Part shown: in pieces, positions 37,450-50,125 of the stretch
Position numbering within the stretch: position 1 is the stretch's first letter
How the letters are laid out: each line of letters opens with the position of its first letter
NCBI GenBank assembly: GCA_002269645.1
Contig: NIVC01000945.1
Location: forward strand, 337,792-401,791
Reading direction: 5' to 3'
DNA: 64,000 nt
DNA from: Macrostomum lignano
Taxonomy: Eukaryota
Translations under genes and position numbers: made by a program
The notes under the pieces: model-generated
What the model was told of the DNA's origin: nothing
The model's database searches: none
Seen by the model: only the letters and a program-made list of their open reading frames with translations

Positions 37450-38163
37450 TACTCAGCAACATTAAAAAGTCGCCATGCACTCTATGCGCCAGTGAGCAAT
37501 TTCTCTTGGACTATTCTGAAGTACGAGAAAACTAAGGGGTAGCTTTAATCCGTCCAACCCTCGCACACACACCGCTCCCCCACTTCATTCCTCAACTCAA
37601 GTCTGCCGCGTGGCGTAGCTGAAGTTGCATCACTCGCCAAGATTGAGAGACTTTACCTGCAGTCTCAAAAGTGGCGACCACAGACTGAATCTTCTGTGAT
37701 GGCGACTTTTCGATGTTGCTGAGTATATTTGTCATCGACTTCGTTCATGGATTTCGTGGTATGATCCGAAACTTTAAAATTAAATCACTAGCGTTGATTG
37801 ATCCAAAACATAATAGTCACCGACGCACCGTTAATCCTGTTTTAATCTATTCTGATTGATGCTGGCTCTACATTAACGACAATGTACATAGCTCGTATAC
37901 TCAGCAACATCAAAAAGTCGCCATCACAGAAGATTCCGTCTGTGGTCGCTACTTTTGAGAGTGCAGGTAAAGTCTCTCAATCTTTGCGAGTGATGCAACT
38001 CATCTACGCCGCGGCAGATTTGAGTTGAGGAATGAAGTGGGGGAGCGGTGTGCGAGGGTTGGACGGATTAAAGCTACCCCTCAGTTTTCTCGTATTTCCG
38101 AATAGTTCCAAAAGAAATTGCTGTCTGGCGCAAAGAGTGGCGACTTTTCAATGTTGCTGAGTA
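37450..38163. mobile_element. Two copies of a roughly 270-bp TA-flanked MITE in inverted orientation
   Basis: Copy 1 is 37450-37725 and copy 2 is 37898-38163. Each has TIR CTCAGCAACAT..AAAAGTCGCCA flanked by TA, and the copies are reverse complements of each other. Confidence 0.85.
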
Positions 38164-38985
38164 CATGTGGGCCAACAAAAGGTGCTGTAAACAATTTGGC
38201 TGAAAATTGTTATCTGCAGTTATTGACTATTTTTATGTTGACGAAGCGAAAATAATTGTAGTTAAAAAAGAGAATATGAAAGTTGATGTTTGAGTTTTTT
38301 AATTTACCAAACTGTGGTTATGGAAAGGCATGAATGGTGGAATGCGGATGTGAGATCCTTGTGTGCAACTTAAATATGCCGAATCAAAAAACCAAAATAA
38401 CCGAGTCGCTAGTCCACTAACCCTCTTAAAACTGTCTCCACTCTATCGGTGTATGTCTGTTTTTCACATTGCATAGTCTTTTTTGGATCGACAGCAGAGA
38501 AAAATAAGCAACGAAATAAACCTCTTCTTTTAATCAGAACTGCAACACCTCAAAGTAAAGCGTCATTTTTTCAGTACTCTTATTGGATTAAAGATACAGT
38601 TAGTTGGGTTGGGAGCGCGTGCGCACAGCACAATTCAGCGTTCTAGCGCTAATGTACACATATCGGCAAGAGATTGTGGGACCGGGGCTTATAAATTTGA
38701 AAAACCTTGCCTTGAGTGTTGCAGGCTGCAGCCCCCATTTAATACTGTCTATTCTCGATTTTCCTTGTAACGCAATCTACACCCAGCCAAAATCAAATGC
38801 CACCCTCATCCCTTCAGTCAGCCATTTTAAAAACTAGCATTTGCCATTGCGTGTGTTTGCACTTGGTCCTTGTGCAAGTGAGAGCGCGCGCGCGCGGAGC
38901 CGGAGTTGGGGTTGTGGGCCTTTTGGTAAGGAAAGGTGGAGCTGGCGAAACTGACTGACTGAACCAATACCCAATTTTATTGAGT

Positions 38986-38989
38986 CACA

Positions 38990-39047
<58 letters not shown>
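38986..39047. repeat. (CA)n microsatellite upstream of cut
   Basis: About 30 CA units with one interruption. Confidence 0.98.
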
Positions 39048-39049
<2 letters not shown>

Positions 39050-39674
39050 CGCAACTGTATGCGACACTGAAAATCAGGCGGGCCCGTACACCCAGCCAAA
39101 CCCCCCTTTGCCTTGACTATCATTTTACGATTTTTCAGTTCAACCCCTCCCCACGCCTCCGACCCCCAAGTCAGTCAGTTCCAACCCCCCCCTCCTCAGT
39201 CAGTCCAAAGTTTTTCGTCTGCAGAGAGTCCACCCCTCCTCCATTTAATCAATAGCTCGCGATCGGCTGTTAATGGAGTAAATGGGGTGGGCTGCCCAGA
39301 GAGAAAGAGAGGTCTTCCAGCCACATAAGCAAAGTCAGTCAGTGGATTGGAGAGGTGGACTGAAGGAGTGAGGAGGCCGGCTAGGGCATGAATCGGGGAC
39401 AGAACTAGTCAGCTCCAGGAAGGCAAAATTATTGCTTGTCTTCTGTTGCGGCGTATTTTTGTGTACATATATATGGCGCCGAACTGAATACAAAATCGAA
39501 AATACACCCACCTCCCCCAAGCGAGCCCAGACTGACTGACACGGAACGAAAGGCTGTTTTTAATAATCTCACTATAATAAGGCTAAAGCTTCTGTTGTCT
39601 GATTTTCAGTTCGACAACCGCTGGTCTGGCCGCTAGCATAATAATCCACAACGTTTGGAATTGAATCGCAGATC

Positions 39675-41566
39675 ATGACTGGAGTTCTATCCGACAACTC
39701 ACTTTTGACTCTGCACGATAAAAAGATGGATTCGGAAAAATGTGAGTAAAGTGTTGGAAGATCTTTTAAAACACTTGGATTAATCCTCGACCTCCTCCGG
39801 CTAACCTTTGTTCCTTACGCCTATTCCAGAAATTTTAGACTTCAAAGATCAATTATTAGCTTTTATTTTAGTATAACTGATTGCGCTAAAACGTCACGAA
39901 CTTTTGCCCTGCCTTGACTTATTAGCACCAAAGGCACCAGTCCCAGAGGCGTTGTTATCACTATACAACATTCCGGCCTAAAATTTAATCCTATACCTTG
40001 GTAAACTATATTTATTTTCTATCAATCTGTTATTGCATCATCCTTGCAGGTAAATCCAAACAAGGTACATCCAGAGATTCTTTGAATGGTCGAGGACTGT
40101 TCTCGTAAGTTGCCTTGAAAAAATTTGTGTTAAGTCTAAGCCTGACTTTAAGCCTGTAATTAATTTATTAATTTTTTCCATACAGTGCCAATAATCATCA
40201 CATGCCTCTGCTGCTGTCTCCTGAAGATTTAATAAAGTGCATCGAAAGGGTGAGTAAAATACAGTCCAGTTGGCTTTGAATGAGTTTTCCCATATTTCTT
40301 CGAAATAAATGCATTTTTTTACAATCCTTACCACACAGGACGCTTCTCAAATCGAATCTCATCTCGCTAAGATTCAAGAAGAAAGCTTGAAAAGCGCTGA
40401 TGGATACTGCATTCAAGCATCTGAGGTAAGGGATCGATTTTAGCTCGATGCTTTGTGTTTTGCATTGCTACTTTTAGTAATATTTTAAAAACTTTAAAAA
40501 GAAGACGAAACTCTGAAAAAGATTAATAAGTGACAGACCTAAGAAAATGGTTACCATAGTTTTATTTCTTTATTGATTTGTAAAATATTAACTCTTATTC
40601 CAATTAAAATACAATATATAATTCTGTACTTTGAATGCAGCCCAATCGTTAAATTGCTTTATTAACAAACCTATTCCCTGTCTATCACTTCGATTGCTGA
40701 CAGGTTAACCAACTTCTCGAAGGTCTGATTGGTATACGTCAGAAGGTAAGTACGCTCGTAATTTGTTGATTATTATAATTTAATCATTGTGCCATTGTGC
40801 CATCTGTACCTTGTAACTGAGACTATCCTATCAAATCTACATGCGCGACTTTAACAGGCGTCAGACTTGAAAGTTCAACTAGAACCAGACAGTAGTCACC
40901 AGGCTGGCAGCTTCAGACAGCCACAGACCCGAGTTAGCGCCAGTTCAGGTGCGTACAAGTAATTATTGTTAACTTAATTACGTGGTTGCTAACCTGTCCA
41001 TGTACATCGAATATGGTTGAAATCTCATTTAAAATTTTGACATAATTTTGAGGCCACGAAGCTGAGCGCACTACTTATTTAGTAGTTTTAAATCTTTTAC
41101 CGTAGAGAATTTTGTTTCAATCCTAGATAGTTGCTTGATATGGTATGAACTATATACAGTTAATACAGTTAGATCATAGTAAAAATTGAAAAATTGCAAC
41201 GAAGAGAAAATACTTTTTTTCTCGTCGAGCTTAAGGTGTTATTTATACTGAGTTTAATCTGTCTAATTAAGTTAATTAGATCTAATTAGGTAGTGAATTC
41301 GGTTGTCTTTAACAGCCATTCCGTCAACGTCAGCAAGCAGTCAGTATCAGCAACAGCAGCAGCAGCAGCAGCAGCCCTCGGCGACATCCTTGATCGATCA
41401 GATGCAGATCGGGCATCTGCTGAGTTTGCAGGCGCCTTTCTTATTAGCTACACCGGGCACCTCTGGGATTGGTGGTGCAGCATTTGACTTGACGTCTGCA
41501 TTCACTTCGGCTGCAACCGCCGGCGGAGCCTATGGTATTGATATGCTCAAGATGTTACAGCAGCAA

Positions 41567-41598
<32 letters not shown>

Positions 41599-41697
41599 GA
41601 ATAAGGACTCAACTTTAAAGCCGTCTTCTTCAACTACAGCCAGTTCGCGAGGGAAAAAATCGGTGGATAAGGACAAACAATTAGAACTACTGAACAT

Positions 41698-41751
<54 letters not shown>

Positions 41752-44700
41752 GTCAATGCTTTGGCCGCCACTCGATACGAACCAGATCGCTGCTGATGTA
41801 CGAGTTCTACTCAGTCGGCACAACATCGGCCAGAGACTGTTTGCTAAACAGGTGCTTGGCCTATCTCAGGGCACCGTGTCCGAATTGTTGAGCAAGCCAA
41901 AACAATGGGATAAACTGACGGAGAAGGGTAGAGAAAGCTACAGAAAGATGAGCATTTGGGCTGCCGACGAGAGCAGCGTATTAGCTCTGAAAGCCATGGC
42001 GCCTATTAAGAGAGGAAATCAAGGTGAGGGTAATGATGTTTTTAGGAATTTCTATTGCCCTTTAATAGTATGTTGTTTTCATCCTTTGTTGAAAACATGG
42101 AAAGTAATGAGAACTACTAAAAAAACGTACTGCAGCTTCCGAGCAAGCCTCATCAATGGATCAAGAGCCCTTGTCTTTACTGAGTCTGGACTCTCGCCGT
42201 CAGCAGCAGCAGCAGCAGCCGAAGAAGTCCACGCAACATCAGGTGCAACTCTCTCTGACTCTGCAACCAACTGCAACAGCTGGGGCCGCCGATGACTCGA
42301 ACGCCGTTGCTGCAGCAACACTTGAAAGCGACGCCAGCCCGTCATCCAGCCAGTCGGGCGAGTTCTCTGGTAATCTGGTGATGGACGCGCCTCAGCCGCA
42401 GCAGCAGCCGTTGCTGCTTCCGCCAATGTCTGCATCAGCAAGCGCACAGAAGGATGACTCGGCTGGCATTACCGGGCAGCAGGGCACCACGCGGGACATT
42501 GTGCGAGGCATCTACCAGGTAAATAATACTTTATACAATATTTACTACAGTAGGAATATAAATACGCAAGGTGAAATTCCCTTGACCGAAGAAAAGAAGA
42601 GCGCAAGTACACAAAGTTTTCGAATACGAAGGTACGAAATACGAAAGCTTCTTGTTGCACACCTCTTAAAAACAAGAATATAGCTGCCAGCCGTCGATAA
42701 TGCTGAGGTATATAACTTAGAAAGAAGTTTTGATGTTTGTCCTGAGACTGTGGCATATTTCATAACTCATACGAAGTCCTCGTAAATAGTGTTTTTAATG
42801 ACAAAAGGTGCAGCAGAAAGATACGCTATTTTAAAACTACATAATCAGTTTGAGAAGTGAAACAGGTATTCATTAGCGAGCACGTCACTACCTTATTCGA
42901 TAGGAACAACTTAGAAGCGCTCTTGCGCAGGCCAACGCAGACGGTGACAAAGAGACGGCTGAGCGTCTAGCGTTGGAAATGCGCGCCCTGGAATCTGACT
43001 CTCTCATTATGGAGAGCGTCAAAGTTGACGACGGCGCCGATCAGCGGAGCCAGGTGGGCGGCGCATCGCGGAAGAGGAAGCGGCACTCCAGTCAGTCGCT
43101 GCAGTTCCTGTCACCTGGTGAATTTCAGCAGCAGCAGCAACAGCAGCAGCTGGATGATTCGCATCAGCTTCCCACATTGAGTCTAGGGGCTTCACCAAGC
43201 AGTTCCATGTCTACACTGAAGCAGAGTAAAATGCTTCTATCGCCAATCACTAAGGAGCAAGTGGAGAAGTACTGGGATCTCAACACTGAGGACCTTGTCA
43301 AGGAGGTCAAGGAGTTGCTTAATCAATACTCCATTAGTCAGAGACTGTTTGGAGAGCAGGTAAAGTTGAATTCTGACTGTATTGTAGGCTGTAGCCACCA
43401 AGGGCGAATTAAGTAGGATGGGAAACTTCTATTCCTAAAAAATGATGGATGGTTTTACGCGAAAGAATACAACTACGAAGATACGAACTTTTAATAAGAT
43501 GCTTTTTGTTCAATATGATACTTAATAATTGAAGCCCCGCTTTTTGAATATCTAATGATTCTAATCCCAATCAAGTTAGTGTATGTTTCTTAGAATTACT
43601 CTATATTGTTAGGTACATCTTGACTAGAAATTTTCTAAAGCTAACCTCATATAAGTCTAAATCTTCGAGTTAAACACGTTTTAAATAAAGATGCAATCAA
43701 TTTTTATTCCATCTGTAGACAGGAGATACAATTCTTCAAGTAATATAGTTCCTTAGGTTCCGCATCCTTCTAGTTAAGTCGTCCTTGGTAGCTTCACGAT
43801 GACTTTTTATGATTTGTTCCAACATAGCAACTGAACCACGCATTTCAGGTCCTCGGGCTCAGCCAGGGTTCAGTTAGCGACCTGCTTGCCAGGCCAAAGC
43901 AATGGTCGATGCTGACGCAGAAAGGTCGCGAACCGTTCATCCGAATGCGCCTATTCGTTGACGATCCCGAGGCTTTGAATCGCCTCATTGTCAACAATCC
44001 GCCGATGCCGTCGAGGCAGTCGGCATCATCGTTGGCAGCTTTGGCTCAACTTCAGCAGCAGCAGCAGAAGGTCTTATCGGGCGCCGATCCCATTGGCACG
44101 ACGCTAATGTCGTCAATCTGCGCCAATGCGGCCAGTTACCTCCCAGATAGCGCCATTGCCCAGCTAGCTAGCAGCATTACGCTTGACATTGACACGAAGC
44201 AGGTGTGCGACGCTGTGCTGGAGGTAAGCAATTCATAATTTATTAATTAAATTGACACCTGAATAGCTGATCCTGGGGTCAATTGACCCAATTGACACTA
44301 TAATTCAATTACTGAAATTTAAACTTCACGAATTCATTCGCATATCCCCAATAAACATTTTGCTTTCCTTTTCAACAGGCAATGAATCGGAGTCAGTTGA
44401 ATTACGCGCAGCTTGGCGAGTCAGTGCTCGGAATGTCAGCCGAGGCCACCGCTGAACTGATTGAGTCGCCAGTGCCCTGGAACCAGCTCAGCGCTAAGGG
44501 TCGGGAGCCCTACCTGCGGCTTAACCTGTGGCTAGCTAGTCCGGATCAGACTACTCTGTCATCTTTGGAAGGTTTGTTGCTTCTTTAACAATGATCCGTT
44601 AATGCTACGTACTGCCCACCAGTCAATGTTAGATTCAGGTGCAGGATTTCTATGCTGAGACGAACAAGTCAGGGTCGCTTTAACAGAGCAATTAGGATTA

Positions 44701-47700
44701 AAGTTCAAACCAGAACCCTCGAAAGGTTTTACACGTCCGAAGAGGGTTGTCAGCGTTTTTTAAAGAGCGTTAAGTTTCTTTAATAGTCTACAAAAAAGTG
44801 CATTATTGGATTCTGAATAGTGTTTGATGTCTCGCCATGGGTCTGTCCTAAGATGTCATTGTTCAAAATGTCTATGGTAATTTACGTTAAGGCAATGACA
44901 TTCAAGCAATGACCAGTCATTGTTTGAAATTGACCATAAAACAATTTACCGGGATATCATTTTAGAAAACGAACGAGTCTATGTCATGGATGAATAATAT
45001 AACTGGATCGCCAGAAGCTCGATTTTTTTGGTCCTAGCCATAGACAAGCACCAGCATCACAAGAAGCTCAGAATGCCGTACTTTCACACAGACAAATAGC
45101 CGCTGCAGAAGCTGCAAACCTTTATTTATAAGTATACTTAGTAGGATAAGTGAAAATATTGCAAATGTGAAGGCAAGCAAAGAAGAAAACGAATATGTAA
45201 AGGAATTAATGTAACGATATATACCGATTTTTTTCGGCAGCAATTGCGTAAGCTGAAGCCGCGTAGCGGCTGAAGCTTAGTAGAGCAATTGCTGCCGAAA
45301 AAATCGGTACATGTCATTATTGTACCCTTTTGACTTCCCTTGTCTATGGCCCAGACATAGTGCGGATGCTGAGTATGAAATGCGATTGTTGCCGGAATGC
45401 GCTTTGAAAGGGTTGTAGAGATAATCAATCGTCTATGGCAAATTTAAAGGACAGTGAAGACAGCTAGCCGGAAACCATGAAACATGAAACACTAAAACAA
45501 TAAAGTAAAACAAGTAAAACAATTGATTCGATCGGTTTGTTCTTAAGAACTTTTTGTGACTATGAAACACTTTCGCCGTGTTGCTATTGTTGTTCCTTGT
45601 TTTGATAGCCAAATACATTCGTCTGAAATCCGGCAACAATCGAAAAAAGCCGACAAACAATTAAATTGTTACCGCAAGTATGAATGCCGGAAACCATAGA
45701 CAAAAGGGAACAATACAAAATAGACACGAAAGTAGGCAAGTAAGCAAACAAGCACGTAGACAGACAGCAAACAAACAAACAATAAAAGGCGAAAACAAAC
45801 AGCCAAATGAGTTGCAAGCAAACCGCGCAAGACAAATGAGAGTCAAGTAAAGACAATATTGATGGAAATATTGATGCCTGCACTAGAAAATATTGATGGT
45901 TTTCTTCGGGTGCTCCATTGCTGCAAACGCTCCATTGCTGCTTTTGGAGAGCAGAAGTTGATCCTCTCAGCGAAGTCTTTGACGTGGTTATTGAAACCAC
46001 CTGTGGTATTTCGTGGTCGTAAAGAAAACAGCTTGAGACCTTCAGAAGTCAACATTTGCTTTACATGTTTTAAGGTCGCTTCGGTACTTTTCCATTTTGC
46101 AACGCGTGGACCAAAAGTCTTAATCGTGCGCTTCTTGTGCTTCAGCCGCATCAACAGGCGCTGTCGGGTGTTTGGTGGTGGGTCAACTGATGTGCGTGTG
46201 GTTGCCGCGCTGCAACTGACAGGCATTGGCATCTCAAACTCACAGTCTCCAGTAGCTTCGTTTGCATAAGAGTTTGGATCGTGGAAGTCAATGAGCTCTT
46301 GCGGTTCAAGCTTAGTCCACTCAATCTTCGTAACTGCGCCAGTCATCAGTCGCTTGCTCCTCCCATGAGCCTGCATGTCTCGCTGTTCGAAGTGCAGCTC
46401 ACAAAGGAACTTACGAGCTCCGAATTTGAAATGTGGCTTTGCTTTCACATTGCTGTTCCACTGCGCTAGTCGATACGGATCACCGATTGGATAAGAAAAA
46501 AGGGTGACAGGTTTCATGCCTTGTCCACTTTTGGATAGGCATCCGATTGCAGCACAAATTCTGACGTCCTTATTCATCTCGCGAAGCCATCTTTTGCCGC
46601 CCTGCATATATTGCGAGCATGTGCTTGGACATAAAATAGAATACTTATAAATAAAGGTTTGCAGCTTCTGCAGCGGCTATTTGTCTATGTGTGAAAGTAC
46701 GGCATTCTGAGCTTCTTGTGATGCTGGTGCTTGTCTATGGCTAGGATAAAAAAGATCGAGCTTCTGGCGATCCAGTTATATTATTCATCCATGGTCTATG
46801 TGCGTAAAATAAAATAGTCTATGGTTGTAAGTGGGGGCTTCGCCCCCACACACCATTCCCCCTTCCCACACGTATCCTGATGTACAAATTGACCAATGAA
46901 GTTAGCTGGAAGTGAGAATTCATGGTAATGGCCATAGACATGAGCGGCGATAGCCGCGAGTATCAATTTGGCCATTACCATGTTTTCTCACTTCCAGACA
47001 GCCCCAGACAATTTAGAATCGGGTTTGTTCTTGAGATGTTTTTAAATTCGGTCTTATACTGCCAAGCACCGTCTATGACGCGGACCCACAGAAGTCTCCG
47101 TTTTTTATTAGAAAGCTTCAGTCAAGAAAGGGGGTTATAAAATTTTATAAAATCTTAAATTTGTTTGTGGCAAGAAATGGGTACCTCTCATTTTGCCGAT
47201 TCTCGTTTCGCCGATTCTCGTTTCACCGAATTTCATAACCATTTGGACATTAGACCATAGACAACTACACTAATGCAAATGTGATTTTATTCCTCACCCT
47301 ATTAGGAATATTCCAAGTTGAAAATGACAAGCATTAAATTAGTGTATTACTGTGCAGATAACTTAGAAGTCAGATAAATTGGCCTTAGCATTCATTCTAC
47401 TCTTTTAATTCAATAGAAGACCTCCATTTTGAATCTCTTGAACGTTTATCGTGAATTGAAAAACTGTTCAAACTATATTTGAGCTTTAAAAGGTGAATTC
47501 AAAGTAGCATTAAGTAGTCCCAAGGTCTAGGTACACACAGATACAAACAGTGTCATAGAGAATTCGACAATATCTATTTGTTGAATTATTCCAGCCGGAT
47601 CATCTGTCCGAAACTTAACGTCGGCGGCTTCACTGACTCTCACTTCTGCACTGCCCTATAGCAACAATAACAACAACAGTAGCGAGATTTTCTCCGACGC

Positions 47701-48163
47701 TGCCAGCTCCGTTGATTCGCCTCAGGGCGAAGCGACTCCGAGCAAGAAGTCGCGTTACATGTTCACCGAGACGCAGAAGGCGATACTGCTGGAGGCCTTC
47801 AGCAGGGAGCCTTATCCAGCCGTTGGCACAGTTGAACAATTGGCTAACGAATTCCGATTGCCAGTGAAAACCGTTACGAACTGGTTTCATAATCATCGGA
47901 TGAGGAATAAAATTGCATCTGGTTCTGCGGCAACTCTCGGAGTCAATCGATCCTCTGAGCAGGCTGCTGCAGAGGAGGGCGATGGGCTAGATTTGCGGAA
48001 GAGTACAGCTGCACAGCAAGAGCCGAAGCAGACAGACCAACCTCAGCAGCAGCAGCAGCAGCAGCAGCATTCGAGGCGAAAAGCTAGCAAACCAGTTCGA
48101 CTGGTGTCTCCAGCTGCTGCAGGTGCCAGCAGTGCTGCTAATGATGTGTCACCAACAGACTAA
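39675..48163 (+). CDS. cut: cut/CUX-class homeobox transcription factor (3 CUT repeats + homeodomain), about 1029 aa
   Basis: Exons 39675-39741, 40050-40104, 40186-40249, 40339-40425, 40704-40745, 40858-40948, 41316-42023, 42136-42518, 42904-43359, 43849-44223, 44379-44571, 47595-48163. All GT/AG, phases compatible, 3090 nt. CUT1 [38 protein letters not shown]; CUT2 [19 protein letters not shown]|[19 protein letters not shown]; degenerate CUT3; homeodomain [21 protein letters not shown]. The first six small exons are less certain. Confidence 0.93.
44985..46793 (-). mobile_element. P/Galileo-like THAP transposon derivative with about 150-bp TIRs, in the last intron of cut
   Basis: TIRs 44985-45135 and 46641-46793 begin CATGG. 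8-bp TSD GTCTATGT at 44977-44984 and 46794-46801. Internal minus-strand ORF 45843-46607 has a THAP domain (CAAIGC..FSYP..W..LCELHF). Confidence 0.9.
45843..46607 (-). CDS. THAP-domain ORF (254 aa) of the P-like element; no catalytic domain
   Basis: C2CH THAP signature followed by a basic/coiled-coil segment ([16 protein letters not shown]). The ORF ends before any DDE core. Confidence 0.7.
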   Translation of the reverse strand: MQGGKRWLREMNKDVRICAAIGCLSKSGQGMKPVTLFSYPIGDPYRLAQWNSNVKAKPHFKFGARKFLCELHFEQRDMQAHGRSKRLMTGAVTKIEWTKLEPQELIDFHDPNSYANEATGDCEFEMPMPVSCSAATTRTSVDPPPNTRQRLLMRLKHKKRTIKTFGPRVAKWKSTEATLKHVKQMLTSEGLKLFSLRPRNTTGGFNNHVKDFAERINFCSPKAAMERLQQWSTRRKPSIFSSAGINISINIVFT

Positions 48164-49544
48164 AGCTGAATTGATAACTTATTTGCTATATCGTTCTCTT
48201 TCCCTCTTTCAAGTTTATTTTATAATCTGTTTCTTCAGTCCGCCTTCAAGACGTGTTAAGGACTATTTTAGCGGCATCAGCATTTTTCTACCTATCATTT
48301 TTATTAATTAATAATGTTTTTTGTTTAAAACGTCAACAAATTTCTTAACAACTTTTTGAATCATTCGTTGAATACTCAAAACTATATTTTGTTTTTTTTT
48401 AACTTAGTTCGATTTTAACTGCTTTGGACTTTTTATAATTTATGATAATTACCTTTCGAGGTATTGTCTTCTTACTGTGAACTACATGGCTTTGCTTATA
48501 AACGATAATTAAGTTTTATTTCTAAGCATAAAAACTTTCACTTTCTATAATGCCTTAAAGAATGACTTGCACTCACGCCGCACTAACATTGTTTTTATCT
48601 GCACTTAGTACATGCGAACAACGATACAATAGAGAAGCCAAATAGCTGTTGACAAGTTTTAATGCGTGGATCACGGTCACTTGTTTTTTTTGTACATATT
48701 ATATGGTGCTACAATAATCATTTTTTATTATACTGACCCACTACGCAACCAATTTTCTGTGCACAACTTGTACATACATTTACATAAAATTATTCTATAA
48801 ACTGTTTGCATTCGTGTGTCCAATTCGTGTAGTTCTCATTACAACAAATGCGTTGCGTTGCAAAAAATCTACAAGAACAATTGAGAATTTTTATTTCTAC
48901 TCTGTAGTAAGAAAGTAGTAGAAAATTTGTTTCTGTTTACAGAGAAATTTTATTAATGGCTTGCATTGTTAAATTACCTAATTCTATCAATAATTCGTCA
49001 AATTCTTTAAAAATTCTACTCTTACCTCCATGTGTTTGAATGTTAAGACTTATTAAGGATTGGAGGGCAATTCAAACAAAGTCTACCACGTGGCCAAATG
49101 CGCTGCTGGAAAAAAACATTTGCGGGCAAACCACGGCGGGCAATTCACTCGTGGGCAAATCTCGACGGGCAATTCACTTGCGGGCAAAATGCACTGCGCC
49201 AGTCAGGCAAAACTGCAGGCTCTTCAGTGGATGTTCCTTTTTTCTTTGGAACCTTTGGCAGGACAGATCGAGCGCTGAACTCCGTCTGTCTCTTTCGCCG
49301 AGCCGTTTCGTCGGCAGCTTTCTTCAGTGCTCGCTCGACCGCAGCATGCTCAATCTCCTTTCGCCGAGCTTCAAAACCGGAGGCTTGCACAGCCTCACGC
49401 TATATTGATGACGTTCATGGCACTTAAATTGAGCACAAAATGAAACACAGCTCAGTACTTGATAAAAAGTTGAAAGGACTGGTGTCCACAAAAAATCGCA
49501 GGAAACGAGAAAAATGGACAAAATTATCGCTGAGCGATAAAAAA

Positions 49545-50125
49545 TCGCAGTGGTGGCAACACTGCAGCGTGGACTTGCCTGGGCTGCCTTCCGTTCCGTG
49601 AGGGCTGTCCTGCAGTCCGAGGTCCTGCCTGACCGCCAAAGGACGGCGTTGTTCCAGGCGGTGATCGAGACTGTCCTGTTGTACAACGCCCAGACCTGGA
49701 CGCTGACGGAATCGCTCGACCAGCTGGTCGATGCGGCGCACGCTGGTCTGCTGGCGCCGCCTTCAAAATCAGCTACGAGCGAGTCACCAATGCGGCACAG
49801 CTATCGCCGCACCAGCCTGTCCCGTCCCAGCGATATGTTGCGCCGTCGGCGACTCCAGCTGGTAGGCCATATCATCCGATCCGAGACGTACTGCCCACAG
49901 CCGGTGCCGGAGGTGCTGCTGCTGACGCTGCAGGCACCCTACCGGCGGGGGCAGGCGCGTTCTCGGCGTTTTGTTGACTGCCTGCTGGCTGACGCCGGCG
50001 CCCCGGACACTGCCGGCGGTGCGGCCTACGTTTGCGCCCCGGCCTTTAAAATGCGCCCGGTGATATTGCCCCACGCTTGACTGGCTGACAATGTATGTTG
50101 CTGTTGTTGTTTGTGTCAACAGAGA
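49545..50125 (+). mobile_element. 5'-truncated RTE-like non-LTR retrotransposon fragment
   Basis: C-terminal ORF2 motifs LFQAVIETVLLYNAQTWTL and RRRRLQLVGHIIR, one frameshift, followed by a TGT-rich tail. Confidence 0.75.

Noticed and set aside
40326-40338. TCCTTAC branch-like motif before cut exon 4
   Set aside because: The intron donor is GTGAGT (U2-type) and the motif is too close to the AG, so this is not a minor intron.
40038-40416. Minus-strand ORFs overlapping the cut mini-exons
   Set aside because: No homology is recognisable, and the plus strand has a phase-consistent exon chain that explains the region.
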